The notes: generated by a model from the letters alone, not told the origin. Shown: positions 1-10,792, numbered from the stretch's first letter. The stretch is DNA of 41,203 nucleotides from a virus (IMGVR_UViG_3300011415_000011:1-41203); one strand, 5' to 3'. Program-made: numbers and translations.

Positions 1-123
1 ATTATTGACTATATCAATAGATTTTATCTTATGGATATGGACGCACGGATGCAGTTGTTTGATTTTAAGACTAAATATCAATTTCAAACTGAGCCCGGAG
101 TCGATCAATATAATATGCCCTTG
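1..123. repeat. Terminal direct repeat, left copy (assembly overlap of a circular genome)
   Basis: 1-123 is identical to 41081-41203 and a reading frame continues across the join; unit length 41,080 bp. Confidence 0.97.
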
Positions 124-1170
124 TATAATTTCCAGTCGCAGACTGATGGCAGTCCGACGGCTCAAAATATTGGTTTTTATCCTGTATATCAAGGTTTTAT
201 TGGGCCGGCTTTCATTAATGGTGTCCAGGTATCTTTTCAGACTGAGCGGAATTTGTTCTTTAGAAATTTTCCTAATGTAGTTCAACAGTCAAATGTTGTT
301 GGAACTGGTAATGGAACTGCTGGGCCTTATACATTGCAATTCACTGTTGCTCCTGGTCTTAATTCTGTTCCATTGAATCCACCCGTTAATTATTTGCTTC
401 GAGGTCATGTTGATATTACAGGGATTATTGCTACAGGTTCTAATATTGATCCTTTTTTTGGAACTACTTTAAGCAATGATGGTGCATTGTCGCCTACAGT
501 AAATATTCCTTCAACAAGCATTTATCCTGCTGTTTATTTCACTTCAATAGATGCTAATGGAAACAGTATTGTTGTTCAGGATTCAGGGCAATTCTTACAA
601 ACAACAGGGCCTACGGTAAATCATGCTAATTATGGCTTATTGATGGAGCCGGGCCCCGCGCCTTTTGGATATAGTGTGTTATCAGGTGGTTATAGTCTTA
701 CATCGAATACTATTAATTATTTGACTGGTGTTGCCAATGTAACATTTCCGGCAATTATACCTTCAGGTGCTCAAATCAATGGCCAATGTTTCTTCTTCCA
801 AAGCGGATTACCTAGAGCAGTTTTGTTTAATAATAACGTTATTACACTTAGAAGCCCTCCTGATAGGCAATATTTGGTCGAACTGGATGCCTATTTATCT
901 CCATCGGCTTTTTTCAATACTGAAGGCTCCATTCCATTTGGTTATATGGCTGAATACATAGCGCGTGGGGCAGCAAGGAAAATTCTTTCTGATACTGGCG
1001 ATGTAGAGCAGTTCATGTTTTATGAGCCATTATTTAGGGAGCAGGAAAATTTAGTTTGGAAGCGTAGCCAGCGTCAATTTACTGCTACTCGTACGCAGAC
1101 AATATATAGCCAAGGCGGCGGCCAAGGCAATCTTGGTTACAACAGTTTTTCAGGAGTAAATAGTTCATGA
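1..1170 (+). CDS. Head-tail adaptor / tail tubular protein A-like, 3' part (gene starts at ATG 41000; about 416 aa)
   Basis: Frame is open from ATG 41000 (MNLLQDVITYVRRIIKSPSN...) through the join into the 31..1170 ORF; adaptor-like C-terminus (LRSPPDRQYLVELDAY...YIARGAARKILSD); lies before the nozzle-like gene. Confidence 0.65.
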   Translation: MIDYINRFYLMDMDARMQLFDFKTKYQFQTEPGVDQYNMPLYNFQSQTDGSPTAQNIGFYPVYQGFIGPAFINGVQVSFQTERNLFFRNFPNVVQQSNVVGTGNGTAGPYTLQFTVAPGLNSVPLNPPVNYLLRGHVDITGIIATGSNIDPFFGTTLSNDGALSPTVNIPSTSIYPAVYFTSIDANGNSIVVQDSGQFLQTTGPTVNHANYGLLMEPGPAPFGYSVLSGGYSLTSNTINYLTGVANVTFPAIIPSGAQINGQCFFFQSGLPRAVLFNNNVITLRSPPDRQYLVELDAYLSPSAFFNTEGSIPFGYMAEYIARGAARKILSDTGDVEQFMFYEPLFREQENLVWKRSQRQFTATRTQTIYSQGGGQGNLGYNSFSGVNSS

Positions 1171-1757
1171 GTTTAGCATTAACATATACAAAAGATATTC
1201 CAGATCCCCCAAGCAGTCCTTCGGTAGATGTGCCCAATATGAAGGTTAATACCAATTCTATAAACACTATTTGGACTAGAGATCACTTTACTTTTGAGAG
1301 TGATAATGCTGGATTGCATAATAGGGTACAACTTGTTGAAATTAATACTGCGATTCCAGTCGGTTTGAGAAATATAGGATCTGGGACTTTGTTTACTAAA
1401 ATTAGTCCTAGTCCTTTGGAAGGAAATTTATTTTTTTACAGGATTGGTGCAGGTGCAGCTATTCAAATGACAGGGCCTAGTTCTCCTATAATTGCTCAGA
1501 ATGGCTCAAGTTTTCTTCCTGGCGGGATAATGTTTCAATGGGGAGCTGTTTCTCCTATTGTTGTTGGTGATAATCCAATCTCTTTTAATACAGTTTTTCC
1601 AAATGCTATTTATAATATTCAAATAACAGTAGTCAATCAATTTGCTGATTCTATAGTAACAGTAAAACCTTTAGGTGTTACCACATCTGGATTTATAGCG
1701 GTAAAATCTATTGGAGGAACAGGAACAGGCATCTTCTGGACTGCGATAGGTTCATAA
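1167..1757 (+). CDS. Tail-associated protein with C-terminal gp53-like fibre domain
   Basis: Motif FLPGGIMFQWG...ISFNTVFPNA...IFWTAIG is typical of tail-fibre C-terminal modules; ATGA coupling to the upstream gene. Confidence 0.65.
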   Translation: MSLALTYTKDIPDPPSSPSVDVPNMKVNTNSINTIWTRDHFTFESDNAGLHNRVQLVEINTAIPVGLRNIGSGTLFTKISPSPLEGNLFFYRIGAGAAIQMTGPSSPIIAQNGSSFLPGGIMFQWGAVSPIVVGDNPISFNTVFPNAIYNIQITVVNQFADSIVTVKPLGVTTSGFIAVKSIGGTGTGIFWTAIGS

Positions 1758-1758
1758 T

Positions 1759-4700
1759 ATGGGAGAAAAAATCGTTGTAGGCCCAATAAATAAAGGTATT
1801 CGTAGCGACAGGCTCCCGTTTGTCATTGATAACGATTCTTTTCCTACTCTTATCAATGCTTATCAATGGCGCGGAAGGGTTAAGCGGAAGCGTGGCACTA
1901 AATTACTCAATAGACTTACAAGATTTTTTAATTCTCTGCCAGCTTATGGCTCTATTGCTTCAATAAATCTCGTAGGTGGTTTTGCTAATTTATTTACAGG
2001 ATTTGGCTTGCAATCTACAGGGACTTTAATTCCTGGAAGTGTTTTTATTTTTGACAATAATACAGCAGAATTATTCACAGATGATGGGCTGGGTAATTTA
2101 AATGGAAGTGTAGGAGGAATAGGATTTGTAAACTATGCTAATGGGGATATTCTAATTAATGGTGGTGGTGGCGATTTAATAACCATAACCATTACATATT
2201 ATCCTGGATTACCAGTAATGGGATTGGAGGATTTGATATTGCAAGTCAATCAATTTCCGGGGACATTGGCATTTGATACAACATATTCATATAATATTAC
2301 AACTTTTGCTAATGCTTTAGATCTTTATGACATATACGATGTCAGTTTTTACAAAAATCCTGTAACCGGTTCCTATCCTGGATATATTGAAAAAGTTTCT
2401 GTTACACCGACTACATGGAATGGCCGAGATTATCAGCAATTCTGGACTGTCAATTATGAAGGTGCTTTATGGGCTACTAATGGGATAACGCAGCCATTTA
2501 CTATAACAAATATTGGAATGCAGTATAAACCTATAGTAACTATAACGGTAACAGCTGGGGGGCCTCCTGCGATAGCTACATTACAAATAAATGGTCATGG
2601 TTTAGTTGTAGGCGATTTTTTATTTATTAATGAAGTAGTCACAACTACTGGAATAAATTTTCAAACAGGTTATGTAATAGCTGTTATTGATGCAAATAAC
2701 GTTTCGGTTGAATTTCCTAATGCTACGATCGCGACTAATGGAACGGGAGGAATTGCTCAATATTTAACTAATCGTTCTGATGTCACTATAGATAGTTTAC
2801 GATGGTATGATGGTGACCCAACTGATGGAGTGCCTGCAACCCTGGCTTTGACAGGTCATAAAGGTTGGGTTAACTTTGCACCCCCATTGTCACAGAATCC
2901 TTATTCAATAGCCGATCTGCCAGAAGCTATTTATTATCTTGTTGGCGCAAAAATGATTATTCCTTTCAAGGATAGATTGCTTTTTTTAGGCCCAGTTATT
3001 CAGACTTCGACCGCTGGAAGCCAAATTTATTTACAAGATACTATTATATATAGTCAAAATGGAACACCATTTTATACAGCTTCATTTACTGGGCCACCTG
3101 ATTCAGCGGCTACAATATTTAACCCTATCTTAACTCCGACAATAATTACTACGCCAGCAACGCTTCAAGGAGCATCACCAAATGCCTATTGGGAAGATGT
3201 TACAGGATTTGGAGGATTTATTAAGGCGGGTGTTGATCAACCTATAAATACGGCTTCATTGAATGAAGATGCGTTGATTGTTGGATTCAGTACTTTGCAA
3301 ACTAGGTTGATTTATAGCGGTAGTGATATATCACCATTCAACTTTTTTTCCATTAACTCAGAATTAGGATCGGGAAGCACCTTCTCGATTATAAATATGG
3401 ATAGGGGTGTAATTACTAGAGGTAGCCGAGGAATTATCATTACAGGTCAGACAGATAGCCAAAGAATTGATTTAGATATTCCTGATGAAGCATTTCAGAT
3501 AAGCTTAAGAAATAATGGATCTGAGCGATTTACGGCTATCCGCGATTTTATCAATGAGTGGATTTACTTCACATATCCGGGTAATTACACAACATATAAA
3601 TTTCCTAATCAGTCGCTATTTTATAATTACAGGGATCAATCATGGGGTATATTTAGAGAAACCTACACAACATATGGTATCTTTAGGCGTCAAAGTGGGT
3701 TAACCTGGATATCAATAACTAATGCGTGGAGTAAGTGGACTGATCCGTGGAATGCCGGAGAGAATACTTTGCTTCAGCCAGATATCATTGGGGGAAATCA
3801 GCAAGGATTTGTCTTATTTAAGGATGAAGATATTGAAGAAGATCCTTCATTATATATTCAAGCAATATCTGGAAGTACTATTACATCTCCTAATCACACG
3901 TTGAATAATGAGGATTATATCATTATTACAGGTGTAATAGGAAGTTATTCTGCACAAGTTAATGGCAAGACATTCCAAGTAGCTTCAGCAACCAATAATA
4001 CTTTTGATTTGCTTCCTCCTCTAACTTTGCCAGGTGTTTATGTTGGAGGTGGAGTAATAACTAGATTATATATTCCTCAAATACAAACTAAGCAATTCCC
4101 TGTTTCATGGGAAATGTCACGTAAAACGCGATTAGGTCCTCAGCAATATTTGTTGACCAGGACGCAGAATTCGCAGATCACATTGCAGATTTTCTTAAGC
4201 CAGAACGCCGCAAGTGAATATAATTTTGGGCCTATTGTGCCGGCAGTCAATGTAGTTAATAATTCACTAATTTATAGTAATGTACTTTTTACATGCCCTG
4301 AGAGTACTAATTTAGGCCTTACTCCTGCAAATACTAATTTAAATATGGTTACAGCAGGCCAGCAGGGGCAGATATGGCATAGAATGAATACATCACTATT
4401 AGGTGATACGGTACAGATTGGTTTTACAATGTCAGATGATCAAATGAGGGCTTTAGTAGATGCGGGCGAGCCTAAGCTAATTACTGGTATTACTCTTGGG
4501 GCAACAACGATAATTACTGTAGATAATGGGTTTTCAGTTGATGAATTGGTGCGTATTAATGGCGTTGAAGGAACTGAAGAGCTTAATTATGATACCAATG
4601 GCGCAAATGTTTATCTGATTATAGCAAGTACACCTACGGACATAACTATTGATGTAGATTCAACGGCATTTACTGCTTATGTTTCTGATGGAACTGTCAC

Positions 4701-4785
4701 TGTCGTTGATGCTAATAATCAATTTGCTGAGATAGAGCTTCATGGCATGATCCTGGACGTAACACCGAGCATGTGTTTAGCATGA
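1759..4785 (+). CDS. Tail nozzle / head-stabilisation protein (P22 gp10 or T7 gp12-like position) with FCCH-like inserts
   Basis: 1008 aa, beta-rich, between adaptor and ejection proteins; three inserts loosely matching HG...GD.V.I.GV.G...NG. Confidence 0.65.
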   Translation: MGEKIVVGPINKGIRSDRLPFVIDNDSFPTLINAYQWRGRVKRKRGTKLLNRLTRFFNSLPAYGSIASINLVGGFANLFTGFGLQSTGTLIPGSVFIFDNNTAELFTDDGLGNLNGSVGGIGFVNYANGDILINGGGGDLITITITYYPGLPVMGLEDLILQVNQFPGTLAFDTTYSYNITTFANALDLYDIYDVSFYKNPVTGSYPGYIEKVSVTPTTWNGRDYQQFWTVNYEGALWATNGITQPFTITNIGMQYKPIVTITVTAGGPPAIATLQINGHGLVVGDFLFINEVVTTTGINFQTGYVIAVIDANNVSVEFPNATIATNGTGGIAQYLTNRSDVTIDSLRWYDGDPTDGVPATLALTGHKGWVNFAPPLSQNPYSIADLPEAIYYLVGAKMIIPFKDRLLFLGPVIQTSTAGSQIYLQDTIIYSQNGTPFYTASFTGPPDSAATIFNPILTPTIITTPATLQGASPNAYWEDVTGFGGFIKAGVDQPINTASLNEDALIVGFSTLQTRLIYSGSDISPFNFFSINSELGSGSTFSIINMDRGVITRGSRGIIITGQTDSQRIDLDIPDEAFQISLRNNGSERFTAIRDFINEWIYFTYPGNYTTYKFPNQSLFYNYRDQSWGIFRETYTTYGIFRRQSGLTWISITNAWSKWTDPWNAGENTLLQPDIIGGNQQGFVLFKDEDIEEDPSLYIQAISGSTITSPNHTLNNEDYIIITGVIGSYSAQVNGKTFQVASATNNTFDLLPPLTLPGVYVGGGVITRLYIPQIQTKQFPVSWEMSRKTRLGPQQYLLTRTQNSQITLQIFLSQNAASEYNFGPIVPAVNVVNNSLIYSNVLFTCPESTNLGLTPANTNLNMVTAGQQGQIWHRMNTSLLGDTVQIGFTMSDDQMRALVDAGEPKLITGITLGATTIITVDNGFSVDELVRINGVEGTEELNYDTNGANVYLIIASTPTDITIDVDSTAFTAYVSDGTVTVVDANNQFAEIELHGMILDVTPSMCLA

Positions 4786-5264
4786 ATAATGTTGTTAATA
4801 CAATGCCTTATATCCGGTCGACCCGCGATTTTCCTATTGAGGTGGAGGAGCTTTCTTCAGAGATTAATAGAGCTTACCTTGACATAGCGCAGAAGTTAAA
4901 TGATAGGACTATTGGATTATTCCCTACTACGCGTAGCGCAATTAATGGCGAGGCGTGGTATGTAGAAAAGAATCAGAAGCAGCAGGCATTTAGGCAAGTT
5001 TATCCTTTTACGGCAGCCGGTAATATCCCTCATAATATAGATTTTGCGCGCACTGTAGAAAGATTCACTAAGTGCCAGGGTTCCTATAGTGATGGGACTA
5101 ATTTCTATGGTGTAATATATGCAAGTAGTGTGCCAATAGCTGGTCAAATTTCTTTTTACATTACGCCTACCAATATAGTAGTATTGGATGGGGGAGCGCC
5201 ATTGCCGATCACTAAAGGAATAATTGTGCTCGAATGGCTCTCTAGAACGTCTACAAATAGGTAA
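4782..5264 (+). CDS. Virion tail-associated protein
   Basis: ORF overlapping the end of the nozzle gene; probable start MNNVVN; function inferred from position only. Confidence 0.55.
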   Translation: MNNVVNTMPYIRSTRDFPIEVEELSSEINRAYLDIAQKLNDRTIGLFPTTRSAINGEAWYVEKNQKQQAFRQVYPFTAAGNIPHNIDFARTVERFTKCQGSYSDGTNFYGVIYASSVPIAGQISFYITPTNIVVLDGGAPLPITKGIIVLEWLSRTSTNR

Positions 5265-5267
5265 TAT

Positions 5268-5879
5268 ATGTCATCATTAAGCGGCAACATGGGATTCGGT
5301 GGACAGCGTGGACCTACTGGACAAGTTGGTAATAGTAAAACTCCATCGGGTTACCGTTCGGGTCAAATGGCTCAATTTACTCCTGAACAGATGCAATTAT
5401 TCCAGCAATCATTTGGTCAAGTATCGCCTGAGAGTTATACGTCACGATTGGCTGGTGGTGATCAATCACTATTTGAAGAAATGGAAGCTCCGGCATTAAA
5501 GCAATTTTCTGGTCTCCAAGGTAATATTGCATCTCGTTTTAGTCAAGGCGGTGGTGGTCCAGGAGCAATGAGTAGTAGACGTAGTAGTGGTTTTCAGAAT
5601 CAAATGAGTTCTTCTGCTCAGGATTTCGCTAGTCAATTGCAGTCACAGCGTCAAGGTCTACAAAGACAAGCTATTCAAGATTTGCGCGGTATGACTAATG
5701 ATCTCCTTGGTCAAAGGCCATATCAGCAATGGATGACGCAGAAGAGACAGAAAGAACAAGGTGGGTGGGGTGGTTTGGCAGGTGCGGGCGTTGGTGCAGT
5801 AGGTGGATTCTTTGCATGTTGCCCTGCTGGCACATTGACTAGAGGAAAGCTAGGCTATGATATTGGATCTCAATTTTAA
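5268..5879 (+). CDS. Internal virion DNA ejection (pilot) protein 1
   Basis: Gln/Gly/Ser-rich with a C-terminal glycine zipper (GGWGGLAGAGVGAVGGFF); typical podovirus position. Confidence 0.65.
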   Translation: MSSLSGNMGFGGQRGPTGQVGNSKTPSGYRSGQMAQFTPEQMQLFQQSFGQVSPESYTSRLAGGDQSLFEEMEAPALKQFSGLQGNIASRFSQGGGGPGAMSSRRSSGFQNQMSSSAQDFASQLQSQRQGLQRQAIQDLRGMTNDLLGQRPYQQWMTQKRQKEQGGWGGLAGAGVGAVGGFFACCPAGTLTRGKLGYDIGSQF

Positions 5880-5897
5880 TTTAATATAGGTTATCTC

Positions 5898-7133
5898 ATG
5901 GGATTTCAAATTCTACCTCAAGCGCAGCCAAAACAAGCTTCATTAGGAAAGAGATTTAGCAATGCTGTAGGAACTGGCCTAGAGACTGGCGGCAGAATGC
6001 TTCAAGAGCAACGACAGAAAGAAGCTATTGGAAAAGCCTTGGGTGCTGATGCGCAAAATTTACCCCCTGAAATGCAAAAACTTGCTTACCAGGCTAAATT
6101 ATCTGGTGAAAATGAACGCGCTAAGCGTGTTTTAGAATTACAGGGAAATCAACAACAAATTAATGCTATTGAAGATGAACGAGGCCTTGAACGCGGTACG
6201 TTAAAACAATTTGTCAATGATCCTGCAATGGCTGAGAGAATAAGTAAACCTAAAGCAGATAAGGCCCCCCCTGGTGGACTTGGTGGAATTCCAATTCCTA
6301 AAGAAAAAGCTAATGCTATTTCAAAAATTGTTAAAGAAAATCCTAACGCTACTGCAGAAGAACTAGAATTACTTTTTAATGAAGCAGAAATCGAACCTGG
6401 ATATACTTCTAAATTATTGGAAAGCCGAAGACAAACAGAGCAAAGAAGTTCTGCAAGTAAAGATGCAAAAGAAGCTCAATTGCGTGCAGAAACATTACCA
6501 ATGAAAAAAGAAATAGCCGATAAAGCACAGGCAGCTCAACAAGGGATTGAAAACAAACATCAATTACTTGATTTAATTAAAAATGGAGATATTAATGATC
6601 CGACTGTTGCAGCATTAGCCGAAGCTTTACCACTGAATTTAGGTAAAAGATTGCTTTCAAACGATACTGTTCAATATAAAGCAGGACTTATTGAAGAATT
6701 TGGCGATTTGAAGAATTTATTTAAAGGCACTACCCGCGTTAAAGAAATTGAGCTTTTACAAGAAAAAATAGCTGATTTATATTTGACAGATGATCAAAAA
6801 GAAGCTGTTTTAAAATCTAGAATTAACGCCCTTCAAAGAGATGTTATTCTTGCTGAAGTTGCAGCAGATATGGAATCAGAAGGTGTAAATTATCCTCTTT
6901 TAACATATCAGCAAGAACTTAATAAGAGAGCAAAGCCAAAATTAGATGCTTTATTCAATCGGATTTTAGATGAACATAAAGCTGTATTTCAAGATGCTGA
7001 AAATAAAAAGAAAATCCCTTTAAATTTTAGTGATCCTGATGATAAAAGAATTGCTGAAGAACTTATCAAAGAAGCTGGTGGCGATAGAGCAAAAGCTAGA
7101 GAATTAGCCAAAAAGAAAGGTTATACATTCTAA
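5898..7133 (+). CDS. Internal virion ejection protein 2
   Basis: 411 aa, helical and charged, between pilot protein and large ejection protein. Confidence 0.6.
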   Translation: MGFQILPQAQPKQASLGKRFSNAVGTGLETGGRMLQEQRQKEAIGKALGADAQNLPPEMQKLAYQAKLSGENERAKRVLELQGNQQQINAIEDERGLERGTLKQFVNDPAMAERISKPKADKAPPGGLGGIPIPKEKANAISKIVKENPNATAEELELLFNEAEIEPGYTSKLLESRRQTEQRSSASKDAKEAQLRAETLPMKKEIADKAQAAQQGIENKHQLLDLIKNGDINDPTVAALAEALPLNLGKRLLSNDTVQYKAGLIEEFGDLKNLFKGTTRVKEIELLQEKIADLYLTDDQKEAVLKSRINALQRDVILAEVAADMESEGVNYPLLTYQQELNKRAKPKLDALFNRILDEHKAVFQDAENKKKIPLNFSDPDDKRIAEELIKEAGGDRAKARELAKKKGYTF

Positions 7134-9361
7134 TGCCTGATATATTCGATCAAATTGATAATTCTGATACTGAAGTTGGTGGAAGTGATATTTTTGATCG
7201 TATTCCAATGCCTGAAGAATCATTTGGAAAGAATGCATTGCGTACAGCATTGCAAATTCCACAAGGTATAGCTGAAGGAACTAAAGCAGGTGTTGGAGCA
7301 GGATTATGGCATTTACTTGGACAAGGCGAAGTTAATGATCCTGTAGAGTTAGATAGAATCAGAGCAATATCAGAACGTGAAGGTATTCCATTTGATGAAG
7401 AAGCATACATGGAAGCTGGGCGAAGAGCTTTGGGTACAATTCCAACGGTTTCTAACATTGCTAGTAAGATTGAAGAGAAAACAGGTTTGCCATTAGAAGC
7501 TAAAACAAAAACTCAAAAAGCATTGCGACTTGGATCAACTGCAGCAAAATTTCAACCTGGATCAATATCTCAAAAAGCAACAGCCGGCGTTGTAGCACCT
7601 ACAATTTCACAAGGATCACAGGCATTAGGATTACCTGAGCCATTTTCTGATTTGGCAGGATTAGCAGCAGGAGCCGGATCAGGAGCTATTACGCCAGCAG
7701 TTGATGTGACTTTAGGTAAAATTAAGCCATCTGGTATGAAGGCTAGACAATTTGAAAAAGTTACAGAACCAAGAGAAGTACCGAAAAGTAAAATTAATCA
7801 AATTAATAAAAAACTAGAAACTGATTTCAAGGAAATATCTGATAAAATCATTAAGGATAGTCCTGTAGGTGAAACTTTTGAAAACCTTAAGAATGATCCA
7901 ACATTTAAGAATGAAAGTCGAGAATTGTTGAATCAAGCGCAAGTTGTTGCTGATTCTATGCCTGAACCTTTATTTACTTCAGCCATAAAAAAAGAATACG
8001 CTGATATCTCAGCCAAAAAAGTTAAAGGTATTTCTTTAAGTGAATATGATAAAAGTTATATGTCTTTTATGAAAGAAGCTATAAAAGATATAATTCCAGA
8101 GAAAACAACTTTTGGAGAACTTGTAGAGCAATACAGGAAGAATAATTCTTCTCTTAGTGAATATTTTGAGCCTGGATCTTCTAAAGCATTAAATAGAGCC
8201 AAGCGTGATGCGTTACTAGATCAAAATAGAGCTATAGCTAATATAGTAGAAAAATCTTCTCCCGAACTTTCTGAGATTTTTAAATCTGGGAATTCTCGGT
8301 GGACAAAAATAATGGATGCTGAAGCAGTAGATGCATTTGTTGATAAAATATTCTCAAAGAATGTGGATTATAAGAAAATTCATGATTTCTTTGATAAAGA
8401 AGGTTATGGATTTAAATTTAAGCGTGCTTTAGGAGAAAAAGGTTATAAAGATTTTCAAGTGTTAATGAAAGATATGCTCACTTCTGAAACTCCATATAAA
8501 ATGCTCAAGGTAGCACAAACTAAAGGTTTTGGTGAATTGGCTGAAACAGCAGGCGCATTTATTCTTCACCCTACATTAGGTAAAGCAAAATTAGGATTTG
8601 AAGCAACTAAGAAGGGATATAAGGCATTAGTTAATGCAATGCTTGATAAACCTCAACTTGCTGTTACTTGGAAGCATGCTGTTGATGAATTAAAAGCTGG
8701 TGATTTTAAGGCTGCTGCCAAAGATTTTAAGGTTCTAGAGGCTGAAGTTGAAGTTTTACCAAAAGAAGAAGTTGCGCCAAAAGCAAAACCTGAAGGCGAA
8801 ACTATAAATGTTAAATCTGAAAAAGTAGAGACACCTAAAGAAAAAGAAAAAATTTCAGAAGTTAAATTAGAAGAAGGTCGAGAATTTCGTGATCGCTTCA
8901 TGCAAAAAGAAACAGGAAATGAAGTTAGGGATATTGAGGCAAAACGAAAAGAAACATTAAAGAAATTTAATGATAAAAATAAAGAATCAAAATTTACTAC
9001 AAAGCATATTAAAAAATCTCGTGGGGATGGAGAGATAGATGTTCATGATATAGAAGGAAAAAGAATTGCTGGATTAGAATATTCAAAAAATCCTGAAGGA
9101 ATTTATATTGAGCATGTTTATTCTGAAAAACCAGGTGGTGCAAAAAAAGCCTTAATTGATTTTGTTAAAATGTTTCCGGATAAAGATTTATTTATAACAC
9201 CCATGACAGAAAAAGGTGCTAAGGCATTTGAAAATGAAATGGGAATTAAAATTCAGCCAAGAATTGTCAAAGGTGAAACTATACAGGAAACACTTAAACG
9301 ACCAAGAGAAGATTATAAATTAACTGAATCTGATAAGAAAAAAATTCTTTCAGGTAAATAA
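7133..9361 (+). CDS. Large internal ejection protein 3 with possible C-terminal GNAT-like domain
   Basis: N-terminal DIFD repeats, Gly/Ala-rich segments, helical core, Lys/Glu linker and a terminal alpha/beta domain. Confidence 0.6.
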   Translation: MPDIFDQIDNSDTEVGGSDIFDRIPMPEESFGKNALRTALQIPQGIAEGTKAGVGAGLWHLLGQGEVNDPVELDRIRAISEREGIPFDEEAYMEAGRRALGTIPTVSNIASKIEEKTGLPLEAKTKTQKALRLGSTAAKFQPGSISQKATAGVVAPTISQGSQALGLPEPFSDLAGLAAGAGSGAITPAVDVTLGKIKPSGMKARQFEKVTEPREVPKSKINQINKKLETDFKEISDKIIKDSPVGETFENLKNDPTFKNESRELLNQAQVVADSMPEPLFTSAIKKEYADISAKKVKGISLSEYDKSYMSFMKEAIKDIIPEKTTFGELVEQYRKNNSSLSEYFEPGSSKALNRAKRDALLDQNRAIANIVEKSSPELSEIFKSGNSRWTKIMDAEAVDAFVDKIFSKNVDYKKIHDFFDKEGYGFKFKRALGEKGYKDFQVLMKDMLTSETPYKMLKVAQTKGFGELAETAGAFILHPTLGKAKLGFEATKKGYKALVNAMLDKPQLAVTWKHAVDELKAGDFKAAAKDFKVLEAEVEVLPKEEVAPKAKPEGETINVKSEKVETPKEKEKISEVKLEEGREFRDRFMQKETGNEVRDIEAKRKETLKKFNDKNKESKFTTKHIKKSRGDGEIDVHDIEGKRIAGLEYSKNPEGIYIEHVYSEKPGGAKKALIDFVKMFPDKDLFITPMTEKGAKAFENEMGIKIQPRIVKGETIQETLKRPREDYKLTESDKKKILSGK

Positions 9362-9362
9362 A

Positions 9363-9464
9363 TTAATCTCCCCATCCAAAAATACAACATCCAATAGCAC
9401 ATACCCAAAACAAAACAAATCCTATTGCGAAAATTACTGCTCCACTAATTATTAATGTATTCAT
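9363..9464 (-). CDS. Small membrane peptide (33 aa)
   Basis: Translated by hand: MNTLIISGAVIFAIGFVLFWVCAIGCCIFGWGD; in line with the neighbouring minus-strand genes. Confidence 0.45.
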   Translation of the reverse strand: MNTLIISGAVIFAIGFVLFWVCAIGCCIFGWGD

Positions 9465-9480
9465 ATTATTTCATATTCCT

Positions 9481-9783
9481 TTATTTTGGTGCATCTGGCA
9501 ATGGCTGCCAATGTGTTACATAAGTGTTTTTATATCTATTAAAATAGATTTCTCCATAAGGTGCCCAATTGCATTGATAGATTATATCAACTTTTTTACC
9601 ATCAGTAGCAATAAAACAAATTATATCTTTAGGGATTTTATGAGTTTTTACATCTAACCAACCTTCAGGAAAACCTCTATATATTTTATCTTTTTGAAAA
9701 ATATATACAGCTCCGCTAAAAAATATAGCTGCAACAGAATAAACTAATAACATCCAGCTTAAAGAATTGAAAAATTGATACAT
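9481..9783 (-). CDS. N-terminal membrane helix plus DUF551-like domain
   Basis: GWLDVK...P...VTHWQPLPDAP motif. Confidence 0.6.
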   Translation of the reverse strand: MYQFFNSLSWMLLVYSVAAIFFSGAVYIFQKDKIYRGFPEGWLDVKTHKIPKDIICFIATDGKKVDIIYQCNWAPYGEIYFNRYKNTYVTHWQPLPDAPK

Positions 9784-9939
9784 ATTCTACCTATACCTAT
9801 CCATCAACGATTCAACTTCATATTCAAGCTCATCTTCTGTCGGCTCTCGCTCGTATACTGTTACAAACATATTATACGCTTCACCTCTAATGTTACTGCA
9901 TTCGTCGTGTAAATCTGTAAAACTCATTTATTTTTCCTT

Positions 9940-10428
9940 TTAAATATGTATCCATCGTTTCCTATGGACAATTTTTGTTACTGTTGGTTGATTTAAATTA
10001 AATATTTTTACCAATTCGCAGACTCGAGTTCCTTCTGCATACATTTTTCTTATTAGAAGAACGGTTTTATTGTCTAAAATTGACGATGCATTTAATTCTC
10101 CTTGTTGATTTTGTGTCCTTCCTCTTCCTTTTTGTTCTCTATCTTGTGAATTATCTTTTGCTGTTCCTAAAAATAAATGGCAAAGATTGAAACATTTTGG
10201 GTTGTCGCATGCATGACAAACAAGCATTCCATCAGGAATATCACCTAAAAGTAAATAATACATTAACCTGTGAACCTTCCAAGTTTTTTTAGACTTTTCA
10301 ATGGTTAGAGTTGTTATACCATAATTGTTTTTGTCAAAAGGACCATCCCATTCAAAACAATTATTTAAATTAAATTTTCCTTTTTTTATCAATTCGAAAA
10401 GTTTTGTTTGTTCGTATTCAGATTTCAT
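9940..10428 (-). CDS. Free-standing HNH homing endonuclease with C-terminal HTH
   Basis: CFEWDG...YG...VHRLMY...VCHACDNPKCFNLCHLFLGTAKDNSQD. Confidence 0.9.
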   Translation of the reverse strand: MKSEYEQTKLFELIKKGKFNLNNCFEWDGPFDKNNYGITTLTIEKSKKTWKVHRLMYYLLLGDIPDGMLVCHACDNPKCFNLCHLFLGTAKDNSQDREQKGRGRTQNQQGELNASSILDNKTVLLIRKMYAEGTRVCELVKIFNLNQPTVTKIVHRKRWIHI

Positions 10429-10654
10429 TGTTTTCTTTCATTTGTCTTTTAATATTTTCCTTTAAATCAAACATAATAATTCTTTCAATTTCAGTATGAG
10501 GAATTCTATAACTTGCCTTTTTATCAGAACCGAATTTAAATGCGCTGATTTTGCAGTTCTTTATAGATCGTCTCACGGTATTAGGATGAACTTGTAATTT
10601 TTCGGCAAATTCACTAATCGTATAAAAGTCTTTGATTTGTTCGTTTTTGTTCAT
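10418..10654 (-). CDS. Excisionase-like (MerR/HTH_17) DNA-binding protein
   Basis: YTISEFAEKLQVHPNTVRRSIK...I.AFKFG...YRIP. Confidence 0.8.
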   Translation of the reverse strand: MNKNEQIKDFYTISEFAEKLQVHPNTVRRSIKNCKISAFKFGSDKKASYRIPHTEIERIIMFDLKENIKRQMKENNEI

Positions 10655-10792
10655 ATCTCAATCATACCATATGTTGTTATTTGTTGTGAAGTGAAATCAC
10701 ATAAAGTAATGATTAAATTAAAAGCTTGACCTTTATTTTGAATATGTTAAATTTGAATTTATTAACAAATTAAATTTACAATTGAGGTTTTT

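Noticed and set aside
5812-5850. FACCPAGTLTRG interrupting a glycine zipper, suggesting targeted diversification
   Set aside because: No reverse transcriptase or template repeat is present. Clustered single-base changes from an expected FAGGPAGALTGG are more likely consensus errors or drift; reads should be checked.
9940-10428. HNH gene as part of another intron
   Set aside because: Flanking ORFs are intact and I saw no P7-like GACTA/TAGTC core nearby.
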